From: an uncultured Gammaproteobacteria bacterium
GTDB taxonomy: Bacteria > Patescibacteriota > Microgenomatia > UBA10105 > UBA927
NCBI GenBank assembly: GCA_964609895.1
Contig: CAZSTG010000006.1
Span: forward strand, 423 to 62,813
DNA length: 62,391 nt
Direction of reading: 5' to 3'
In this document: piece by piece, positions 19,065 to 33,100 of the stretch
Layout of the letters: every line of letters begins with the position of its first letter
Position numbering within the stretch: position 1 is the first letter of the stretch
Position numbers and translations under genes: made by a program
Notes under the pieces: generated by a model
Databases searched by the model: none
What the model saw: the letters and a program-made list of their open reading frames with translations, nothing else
What the model was told of the DNA's origin: nothing

Positions 19065-20708
19065 ATGGCCTTTAAAGCCTCCACAAAAAAAGCTGCTCCG
19101 TCAGCAAAAAAAACATCCTCAGTCAAGACTTCGGAGGATACGGAACACACAAAGACTGCCGCATCTGCAGCGTTGCAGGTAGAAGTACCAGAACAGGGAT
19201 TGTCCATTGACGAGCTGATTGGCGGACCAAAAGCAAAAATGCCAAATGATACATTTCCAATAATCAATGAAGACGCAAAAAAGACGGAAGAACCGGTCAT
19301 CGATCAGTTTGTCGGCGCACCGCCAGCATCTGCACAATTTCCGGCAAATGCACCCACGCAGCAGTCTGCGTATCGTCCCGCACAGCATGGTGGATATAGA
19401 CAACCATATAATAATCGAGGACCGCGATTTGAAGGTGGTAGAGGTGGATACCGACAGGGTGGGTATCAACAGGGTGGATATAATCAACAGGGATATGGAC
19501 AGCAGGGTGGATATCGACGGATGCAGCGGGATTTTGTTCCGGCACCGGATGGAGCAGGATTTACTGCTGACATCAATGTTCCGACGGAAACAGTCAAGGG
19601 AATCCTTGATGTAACTGCAGAGGGACACGGATTTTTGCGTCCGAAGTTTACTCCATCAGAACGTGATGTATACATTTCCCAGTCACAGATTCGAAGATTT
19701 TTGCTTCGAAACGGTGATGAAGTGGAAGGACAGGCGAGACAACCAAAAGAAAACGAACGATATTGGGGACTTTTGAAAGTGGAAAAAATCAACGGTATTG
19801 CTGCAGAGGAAATGCAAAATCGTCCACGATTTGATGATTTGACCCCAATTTATCCAAATACATTTTTGAAACTCGAAACAGGACAGTATCCATTGTCTAC
19901 TCGTATGATGGATTTGTTGTCACCCATCGGATTTGGGCAGCGCGGACTCATTGTTTCTCCGCCGAAGGCAGGAAAAACAACGATTTTGAAAGAGATTGCT
20001 GCCGGAGTGACCGCAAATTATCCAAATGTGCATCTGATGGCAGCACTTATCGGTGAACGACCGGAAGAAGTGACGGATCTGACCAGAAGCATTAAAGGAG
20101 AAGTGTTGGCGAGCAATTTCGATGAATCGCCGCAGGCACAAACGAGAGTTGCTGAAATTGCACTGGATCGTGCAAAGCGCTTGGTGGAAATGGGGAAAGA
20201 TGTCGTTGTGCTTCTTGATTCCATTACAAGACTTGCTCGTGCATATAATTTGGTGGTGAATCCGTCAGGGCGCACACTTTCCGGAGGATTTGATCCTGCA
20301 GCACTCTTTCCGGCAAAGAAATTTTTGGGAGCGGCACGCTGCATCGAAGGCGATGAAGGATCCGGTAAAGCAACCAAAGGATCATTGACTGTCATCGGTA
20401 CTGCATTGGTGGAAACAGGAAGCCGTATGGATGACCTGATTTATGAAGAATTCAAAGGAACAGGGAATATGGAACTGCACTTATCACGGAAACTGCAGGA
20501 ACAGCGTGTGTTTCCCGCCATCGATATCACGTCGTCAGGTACTCGTCATGATGAACTCATGCTTGGAGAAGAAACCATGAAGCGTGTCACAACGCTTCGA
20601 CGGATGATTTCGCTCCTCGGCGACAATGAGCAGACCGCGATGATGATTGAACGGCTTTCCAAAACCAATTCCAATGCGGAATTCTTGGACAGTTTAAATC
20701 AGGGATAA
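19065..20708 (+). CDS. rho: transcription termination factor Rho with an N-terminal low-complexity (RGG/QGGY) insertion
   Basis: Has Walker A PPKAGKTTILKEIA, LIGERPEEV, VVLLDSITRLARAYN, and the C-terminal FKGTGNMELHLSRKL...VFPAID. The segment at about 19375-19535 encodes GGYRQPYNNRGPRFEGGRGGYRQGGYQQGGYNQQGYGQQGGYRR. Confidence 0.95.
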   Translation: MAFKASTKKAAPSAKKTSSVKTSEDTEHTKTAASAALQVEVPEQGLSIDELIGGPKAKMPNDTFPIINEDAKKTEEPVIDQFVGAPPASAQFPANAPTQQSAYRPAQHGGYRQPYNNRGPRFEGGRGGYRQGGYQQGGYNQQGYGQQGGYRRMQRDFVPAPDGAGFTADINVPTETVKGILDVTAEGHGFLRPKFTPSERDVYISQSQIRRFLLRNGDEVEGQARQPKENERYWGLLKVEKINGIAAEEMQNRPRFDDLTPIYPNTFLKLETGQYPLSTRMMDLLSPIGFGQRGLIVSPPKAGKTTILKEIAAGVTANYPNVHLMAALIGERPEEVTDLTRSIKGEVLASNFDESPQAQTRVAEIALDRAKRLVEMGKDVVVLLDSITRLARAYNLVVNPSGRTLSGGFDPAALFPAKKFLGAARCIEGDEGSGKATKGSLTVIGTALVETGSRMDDLIYEEFKGTGNMELHLSRKLQEQRVFPAIDITSSGTRHDELMLGEETMKRVTTLRRMISLLGDNEQTAMMIERLSKTNSNAEFLDSLNQG

Positions 20709-20720
20709 ATTCTTTTTTGT

Positions 20721-25853
<5,133 letters not shown>

Positions 25854-26416
25854 TTAGACACCGTGCGGGAATTTATTGAGGTATTTGGGTGGGTTTTTGA
25901 AGCAACATTTTTTCTCATATACTTATTACAATAGAGGTGTGTTTGAATGTCAAATAGCCTTGAAATAAAATGATGCGTCGAGGCTAAACTATAGGTTGAT
26001 TAAAGGCGTGGTGGTGTGACCTTGCTATAGGTCTAAAATGAAAAAATGAAAAGAATATTTTTATTTTAGTTTGTTATGACGCCAAAATTCATGCAAACAT
26101 AAATTGCTTTTTTCTGGTTCGACGTATGGGCTTAAAAAGAGGCTGTTTTTGTCTATTACATCCTATAAATATTCATCTGTTCATTGGATCACACATGTGT
26201 ATAGGTATCCCTATGGTATCATTACCCTCATGTTTTTTGGATAAAAGGGGAATGGTTTCGTATTGTACTTGATGTGCTTTTCTATATATAGATGTAGATA
26301 GATATTTTTATATATAGATATATCCATATGTTGTACTTTTGATAGTTTATTTGAAGATATTTTTGGTATGTGTGTATTTGCGTTCCCCGCGTTTTTTTGA
26401 TACCCTGAAACAACGC

Positions 26417-27493
26417 ATGAAGCAGGTTTTTCGACAGTTTTTTGATGACCTCAGTATTTGGGGAAAGGGGTGGCGTTTTTACATTGAACGTCATGTTGTG
26501 CACGCCGCGGGAACTTTTGAATCACGGAAGGATGTGCTGGTTGATATACTTATGGCTCGCCGCGGCACGTATCAGTGGCCGTTTCTTCATATTTCACTTG
26601 TGCTTTTGGCAATTGCAGGGGCTGCAAGCGCACCTATTCTAGCAAACTCATATCCCGGTGCCATTGCAAGCACATTGGGAGAATTTACCCCGCCATCAGC
26701 TGTTGCAGTGTCTCTTGATGCGGTGCAGGGAGTGGATACACAGAAATCCGACAAGCCGCGAGATCAGGTCATTTCTTATACAGTCAAACAGGGGGATACC
26801 CTGCAGAAAATTGCAGATCAGTTCGGTATTTCCGTGGATACCATTAAATGGGCAAATGATCTGAAACGGGACGCACTTTCTATTGACCAATCGCTGAAAA
26901 TTCCACCGGTGACCGGTATCGTCTATAAGGTAAAAGAGGGAGATACCATTTATACGATTGCAAAAAAATATCGGGTTGATGCACAGAACATCGTGAATTT
27001 TCCGTTTAACGACTTTACCGATCTTGATACTTTTGCACTCGCCATAGGACAAACTCTGATCGTTCCGGGAGGAATCCAACCGGAGGCGCCTGCGCAGATT
27101 ATTCAATTTACCCCATCCGTATTTGCAGGAGGAAATGGGCAGCTTGTCTGGCCGACGAGCGGTGCAGTGACACAGTATCCGTCGTGGTATCATATGGCGC
27201 TTGATATCGCCAATCCCAGCGGGCCTGGGGTGGCATCTGCAGGGGAGGGTGTGGTCATCCTTGTCAAATATCTGACATATGATTATGGACAGCATGTGAT
27301 GATCGATCACGGGAACGGCATTGTTACCTTATATGGACATCTGCAGGCAATTTATGTAAAACCGGGAGATCGGGTTGCCAAGGGACAGATCATCGGAAAA
27401 ATGGGATCAACAGGACGGTCAACCGGCACTCATCTGCATTTTGAGGTGCGGAAAAACGGGACATTGGTAAACCCCCAATCTTACTTAAAATAA
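26417..27493 (+). CDS. LysM-LysM-M23 peptidoglycan endopeptidase with an N-terminal membrane anchor
   Basis: LysM repeats YTVKQGDTLQKIADQFGISVDTIKWAN and YKVKEGDTIYTIAKKYRVDAQNI. M23 motifs HMALDI (HxxxD) and GSTGRSTGTHLHFEV (HxH). The track ORF begins at TTG 26339; the ATG at 26417 is preferred. Confidence 0.9.
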   Translation: MKQVFRQFFDDLSIWGKGWRFYIERHVVHAAGTFESRKDVLVDILMARRGTYQWPFLHISLVLLAIAGAASAPILANSYPGAIASTLGEFTPPSAVAVSLDAVQGVDTQKSDKPRDQVISYTVKQGDTLQKIADQFGISVDTIKWANDLKRDALSIDQSLKIPPVTGIVYKVKEGDTIYTIAKKYRVDAQNIVNFPFNDFTDLDTFALAIGQTLIVPGGIQPEAPAQIIQFTPSVFAGGNGQLVWPTSGAVTQYPSWYHMALDIANPSGPGVASAGEGVVILVKYLTYDYGQHVMIDHGNGIVTLYGHLQAIYVKPGDRVAKGQIIGKMGSTGRSTGTHLHFEVRKNGTLVNPQSYLK

Positions 27494-27852
27494 TGGTACA
27501 TGTGCGTGGTAGTTAGCAGTTTAATGATTGATATTGCTAGCAATTTGAATATAGTGAGTGATACTATTTCTTCTTCATTTTTTCTTCCAATTTTTGACAT
27601 ATATTTACTGTTGTCTTGGAAGGAAGGAATTTTTTTCTCCATATTTATTACCGCAAAATTGATTATACAATTTATATTGTTAAAATAAGATAAAATTATT
27701 ATTTAACGCATGTAGCATACAGAAAATTATGACATAAACGTGCGGTATTTCGGTAAAAAACAGGACAAAAATGTGTCTTTTCGGACCACAAAGTATGAGG
27801 CCTGAAGGAGATAGGTATGTCAGAAAAATGTCTGGCTTCAGGGGGACGTTTG

Positions 27853-27926
27853 TGGACCCGATCGGATTCGAACCGACCACCTTCTCTATGCCATAGAGAC
27901 GCTCTAGCCAAATGAGCTACGGGCCC
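27853..27926 (-). tRNA. tRNA-Ala (anticodon GGC)
   Basis: The reverse complement folds as a cloverleaf: acceptor GGGCCCG/CGGGTCC with the G3:U70 alanine identity pair, anticodon arm TCTCT-ATGGCAT-AGAGA, T-arm GTCGG-TTCGAAT-CCGAT. CCA is not encoded. Confidence 0.9.
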
Positions 27927-27930
27927 GATT

Positions 27931-28626
27931 TTAAGAATGCAGTTCATTATAGATTAAATCTGCGAGACTTTCTAGTTCAAGTTGAACCTTTGTATCAAAA
28001 TAATCAATGCGCAACACACCATGATAATTGGGATTTTTTGTCGGTTTTCCAACAGTGCGCCGGTCAATGAGTGGTTTATAAAAAAGATATGTAGGAATTT
28101 TTGTTTTTTCTTGCCAAAAATGCGTTAAAGTTGTCGCGTCTTGATCTGCTCTGCATTGCACAGTAGCCCGGATTTTTCGTATATCAAAGGGAAAACACCG
28201 TTTTAACAGTGCAAGGAAGATAAGAATGATTCTTGGATCGGAATTTCCTAATGAAAATGCCCGTCTAACCTTCGGATTATACTTAGACGCCTCTCCGAGG
28301 CAGAGCATGGCGAGGGCAATTTTACCAATCGATACATCGTGTGTCCTTTTTGCGATTGGTGTATTGATTTTTTGTAAGGAATGATAGAATTGTTCGCGTT
28401 TTATCCTGTTCATTTCTGTTCCAATCATTCGACCTTTTGCTAGAGAATCTGCGTTTATTTTTTTGATTCGATCTTGATATTCCTTGGGAAGTTTTACTGT
28501 TTTGCATTGCCAAGACAGAGAGCTTTTAGGGATCCGGAAATCAATAAAACGCTGTATTTCGCCATATGTTTTACCTTCAGAGCGGAGTTTGCGAATAGTG
28601 GAAATAAGCTGTTGGGTATACCGCAT
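27931..28626 (-). CDS. HTH-containing protein, possible free-standing LAGLIDADG-type homing endonuclease
   Basis: N-terminal IRKLRSEGKTYGEIQRFI (resolvase-type HTH). Central IALAMLCLGEASK...FSLGNSDPRIILIFLALLKRCF resembles a degenerate LAGLIDADG helix plus the following beta/alpha element. It lies between two tRNA-Ala genes. The endonuclease call is tentative. Confidence 0.5.
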   Translation of the reverse strand: MRYTQQLISTIRKLRSEGKTYGEIQRFIDFRIPKSSLSWQCKTVKLPKEYQDRIKKINADSLAKGRMIGTEMNRIKREQFYHSLQKINTPIAKRTHDVSIGKIALAMLCLGEASKYNPKVRRAFSLGNSDPRIILIFLALLKRCFPFDIRKIRATVQCRADQDATTLTHFWQEKTKIPTYLFYKPLIDRRTVGKPTKNPNYHGVLRIDYFDTKVQLELESLADLIYNELHS

Positions 28627-28701
28627 AGAGATATTGTACGCAAGAGGTATTCCATGTGCAATAGAAGTCCAAATTATGATTTGTTATAATACAGTATGTT
28701 C

Positions 28702-28774
28702 GGGCCTGTAGCACAGTTGGTAATGCGCCGCATTCGCATTGCGGAGATCACCGGTTCGACTCCGGTCAGGTCCA
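28702..28774 (+). tRNA. tRNA-Ala (anticodon CGC)
   Basis: GGGCCTG/CAGGTCC acceptor with G3:U70, anticodon arm CCGCA-TTCGCAT-TGCGG, T-arm ACCGG-TTCGACT-CCGGT. CCA is not encoded. Confidence 0.9.
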
Positions 28775-28914
28775 CTGTTTGCTTTAGAATCACAATCCTT
28801 TTGTATTTCTTTTGAGATAGAGGAGAGGAACTTCAAGTTCCGTATTTGCCACAATAAAAACAAAAGGGAGTCACCTCATAGGGGAATAGCATCAAAAAGC
28901 GTTCTTTGACACAG

Positions 28915-29127
28915 TTATTGTGCTTCGATAGAAACGCCGGCAACCTGCGGGTTGTCTGCAGCCATTTCCGTATTCAGGAAATTACCGATAATTGCACCGA
29001 TGCCAAGCATAAGGGCAACCATGACCACAAACATCCAGCTTTTGAGCATGAGAAGAAATCCTTTCTTCTCCGTCTTTTTTGCCGGTCGTGCCGCAACTTG
29101 CCTGCGGCGGACGATTTTTTTCTTCAT
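28915..29127 (-). CDS. small single-pass membrane protein (about 70 aa)
   Basis: MKKKIVRRRQVAARPAKKTEKKGFLLMLKSWMFVVMVALMLGIGAIIGNFL... is a basic N-terminus followed by one TM helix. The track ORF extends to 29217, but the upstream part looks non-coding. Confidence 0.45.
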   Translation of the reverse strand: MKKKIVRRRQVAARPAKKTEKKGFLLMLKSWMFVVMVALMLGIGAIIGNFLNTEMAADNPQVAGVSIEAQ

Positions 29128-29211
29128 ATATCTAGCGTTGCATAAACACATGAATCTTGTCAAGGTGAACATACCTTGACACAGAGAAGGGTAACTTATC
29201 ATAATGAATCT

Positions 29212-29889
29212 ATGCATAAAACCCTGCCGTCAATTTTTTCGCTTTTCCGTTTTGCGCTGCAGGCGCTTCGTGTGCGACAGTATGCAGTGTGGTTTATTGT
29301 CAGTGGACTGGTATTTACCGTCATTTCCCGACTGCTTGTTGTGTTGCCTCCATTATCATATATTGCCATGCAGGCAACCGGTCAGACGGTATTGTATGGA
29401 ATTCTGCTTGCATGCAGCATGGTATTTATATGGTATGTCATTGTCGTGTCGTTTGCCCTGTTTCTTCTTGTTTCGCGCCGTATTGCACTAGGGCAGCCTC
29501 TTGGGATAAAAGTTTCCTTTCTTGAGGCACATCGGGCTGTCGGCAGAACCACGGGCACCATTTTTCTGTTAGGTTTGTTCGTGCTTGCGGGTTGTATCGC
29601 GCTGATTATTCCCGGATTTATTGTGGGTATTCTCTGTTTTTTTGCTCCGACCATCGCCGTACTTGGGAATAACAAAAAGAAATTGTTTCTGCAAAGCAGA
29701 ATGTTATATAAAGGCAGGTTTTGGGCTGTTTTTCTCCGTTTGGCTATTGTGTATGCTCTCACGCTGATTCCGACGTATGCATTGTCGCGTATTCATCCTG
29801 TCGCCGGTCAGGTATGGGGAATTACGACATCGTTTTTCAGTTTTCTTTTTACCAAAATTTATCTGGATTTGGAACAGACAAAAGCATAG
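29212..29889 (+). CDS. hypothetical polytopic membrane protein
   Basis: About 225 aa with 5-6 hydrophobic helices. ATG at 29212 (the track ORF begins at TTG 29176). It lies immediately upstream of the giant ORF on the same strand. Confidence 0.6.
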   Translation: MHKTLPSIFSLFRFALQALRVRQYAVWFIVSGLVFTVISRLLVVLPPLSYIAMQATGQTVLYGILLACSMVFIWYVIVVSFALFLLVSRRIALGQPLGIKVSFLEAHRAVGRTTGTIFLLGLFVLAGCIALIIPGFIVGILCFFAPTIAVLGNNKKKLFLQSRMLYKGRFWAVFLRLAIVYALTLIPTYALSRIHPVAGQVWGITTSFFSFLFTKIYLDLEQTKA

Positions 29890-30155
29890 TATTTCACCTT
29901 GTTTTCTTCAGGCAAATTGCTTCTTGACGTGTAGTATTTTTCGTTTCATAGTTATTATATATAAGGATGTACGTGATGTCGTCTGCTTTGGGTTTGGAAA
30001 CGATCGCGTGTCATTTTTTACGTGCCTGCACTGATTCACAACACATACTATTTTTTTCTTCCCTCTAACACACAAACTCCTTTCATATGTTCTATTACGA
30101 TATTGTTTGTTATATATCGTGGTGTATATACAGTGCCATTTCATTCATTTTTGAC

Positions 30156-33100
30156 ATGACCACATACATACGCAATCATTCTGTGCGCCACGGGTTTATT
30201 CAGATCATTCCGATGGTGGTGCTTGCAGTGATTGCCGTGACAACATTTATTACCATTGGGAATTTAGAAAAACAACAAGATATCAGGAGTAGAGCAGCCG
30301 GCGGGACATGCACACAGAAAACATCGGCTGGTTCCTGCAGAAATGTGAAGTGTGCGTCCTATTCAGCAAGAAGCGAATGCGGTGCAAGTTGCTGTACGTG
30401 GGTTGCAGATACCAAGGCGCCGACCAAGACTCCGACAAAGACCCCGACCAAGGCACCGACGAAGACGCCGACCAAGACTCCCACAAAGACCCCGACGAAG
30501 GCGCCGACCAAGACTCCGACAAAGACCCCGACCAAGACTCCCACAAAGACCCCGACGAAGACGCCGACCAGAACGCCAACAATGTCCGCAGCATGTGCAG
30601 GTCTGAACCAGTCCTGTGCGAACAAAAGTTGTTGTTCCCCGAATGCCTGCGCAACATCCCCATATGGAAAATATTGTGTGGCACCCAAAAAAACTCCGGA
30701 TTGCACGAGCGGGCAGACAAAATGCCAGACCGAAGGATCTGTTTCCTATCAGTATACCTGTGATGCCGCTGCGGGAATCTTCGATTACGGTTCAAGAAAA
30801 CGGTGTACCAACGGTTGTAGTGGTACAAAATGCGCTGCGGAGACAACAGTGACCTGTATAGCGGGAAAAGTGCAGTGCAATCCGACACGGGTCAATGAAC
30901 TGCAGACCTGTATTAAACGAAGTGACGGCTCGTATACATGGATGACGACTTCATGCCCGAACGGATGCAAAAATGCTGCGTGTGTGACAACGACAGCAGC
31001 TACGTGTACTGCAAATGAAGATTCTACGCTGACTGCACGCGAATGTACAACTCGGGGAAGAACATATAGGACTTTACCCGACGGGAAAATCTGTTGTATG
31101 AGGGTGCCGACCAAAACACCGACAAAGACCTCGACCAAGACGCCAACAAAAAAACCGACAACAGCACAAAAATCTACAGGAGCTGTCAGTCCGAAACCAA
31201 CTGTCACGTCAAAAACAACAACGCCCGTACAATCAAACGGATCACTCGCTATCGGAGACACCTGTGTGACAGGATTTTTGGGCATAGGAAACACGTGTAA
31301 AAAATGTCCAAACGGCGTGTATCATGTTGTCGGAAGGTCAGGAGCGGGAGGGACACTTGTCTGCGGACCCGCTCCGACAGTAACCGGTACACCAAAAACC
31401 AGTCCGACGAAAAGCACTACAGCAAACGTGTCGTCTTCAACGACACCTTCTCCATTTATTGGGATCGGAGCAGGTGTTCCTGTCCTTCTTCCAACAGGAA
31501 CAGAATTCGGTTTTGGTGTGAATGTCGGTGCTCCAAAAACCTGTTCGCTTTTCAAGCCATGCGGGAAAGATGCAAGCGGCACAAAACTACATTGTGAAAA
31601 AGGTATATGTATTGTGCCGACGGCATCTCCGACAAAAGCACCGAACACAGCACCGACTCCGGCGTCGTCGAAAGCTTTATCTGTCGGTGACACCTGTACG
31701 AAAGGATTTTTAGGGATAGGGAATACCTGTAAAAATTGTCCAAACGGCACATATTACGTTTCCCAACGTTCTGGATCAGGGGGAACGCTCAAATGCGGTT
31801 CTGTTTCCACAACTCCTGTTATTTCGTCCACCGTGGCACCAACACGATCTTCGGTTACTCCAAGTCCGACTATTCTTATTGATCAGCCGACATACAGAAC
31901 ATGTGTAGCGGAATGCAATACCACATATAAGACGGAGAATACTTCTGAAGAAAAGACAGCGTGTATAGACAGCTGTAAAACACTGCAGTCTACAGCGGAT
32001 GCATCAGGAGCATCCGGTGCATCCGGCAGTACAGGAGCATCCGGTGCCACAGGACCAAAACCGTCCATTACTCCCATTCCCATTCCAACGCCGCCCAACT
32101 TTACCGGCGGAAATTTGATGTGCAGTGCGGGAGGCGGTACCACCGCAAAAGCAGGATCGTTTACTTTTGATGCGGGAGCAATTTATAAATGCGACGGCAC
32201 AACGGGAAAATGGTTTAATGTGAGTAAAATCGGCTGGGGACCGGAAGATATTCCGGAAGAAGAACGGCCGGCATGGCTTGTTCCGGGAAGTGCTGAATGG
32301 AATTCTTATACGACGATTGCGGTGACAGCGCCATCCATATATACAACAGAAGCAAAAAATTCCTGCTCCGTCAACACGACAGACGGAACAATTGCCTACA
32401 AAGACGGTTCCGTTGCCATCGGCCCGTATCATTCAGGAAGTACGACAAAAAACAGGTATCGCTGCGAGGATGGGAGATGGAATGAGTGCGAAACATGTCT
32501 TCTGACGGTAGAACCTGTGTATATGGCGAGTGATCCGGAATATATCAAAGAAAAAGAGGAACACGCAGCCACCGTTTCTGATGCCTATACCGCGTATGCT
32601 ACCGCATTGGCTGCGTGTACGTCGGCTGATGTGGCAACATGCGAGGCGGAAGCGCGGGCAAAAATCCAGTCATACGGCGCAGAATACATTCAAGAGGTAC
32701 AACAGCAGTATGTGCAGCAGGCGCAGATTCAAAACGTCTACTATCCCGCAATAGAAGCATATGCAACGTGTCTTGCAACATCCGGAAACACCACGGATAC
32801 CTGTGCGGCAGAACGGAGGGCTGCAAACGTAACCTATACGACCATAGGACTGGGCGGTGAATATTATTCCCAAGTGAATGCGAGCTTCGGGAGTGCTGTC
32901 TATAATTCATTTTTGAATGAGTATATCAACATGAATTCTCGCGCGGATACTTGTGCGGAAAACAATAACGCGGTGGATTTTGGCGACGGAACGACGTGCG
33001 AAGATAATACCAAAGCACTGGCGGCACTGAAAAATGATCCGCTGTTTCTTTATGTTGAGGCACAGTCCAACTCATGGTGTCAACAACCGCCGCAGAAATA

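Noticed and set aside
26283-26330. TA/GATA-rich direct repeats (tatatatagat occurs twice) in the 600-bp divergent intergenic region upstream of the M23 gene.
   Set aside because: The repeats are short, low-complexity and AT-rich, consistent with a promoter or UP-element region. The pattern is not specific enough to call an operator or a mobile-element end.
27500-27947. ORFs 27500..27688 (+), 27680..27880 (-) and 27699..27947 (-).
   Set aside because: These are AT-rich junk translations, and the last two overlap tRNA-Ala(GGC).
30087-30155. An upstream in-frame ATG at 30087 as the start of the giant ORF.
   Set aside because: It is not excluded, since the in-frame stop is at 30066. However, it would add 23 residues (MFYYDIVCYISWCIYSAISFIFD) ahead of a canonical basic-then-hydrophobic signal anchor that begins at 30156. 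Neither ATG has a clear Shine-Dalgarno sequence, so the start remains uncertain by 69 nt.
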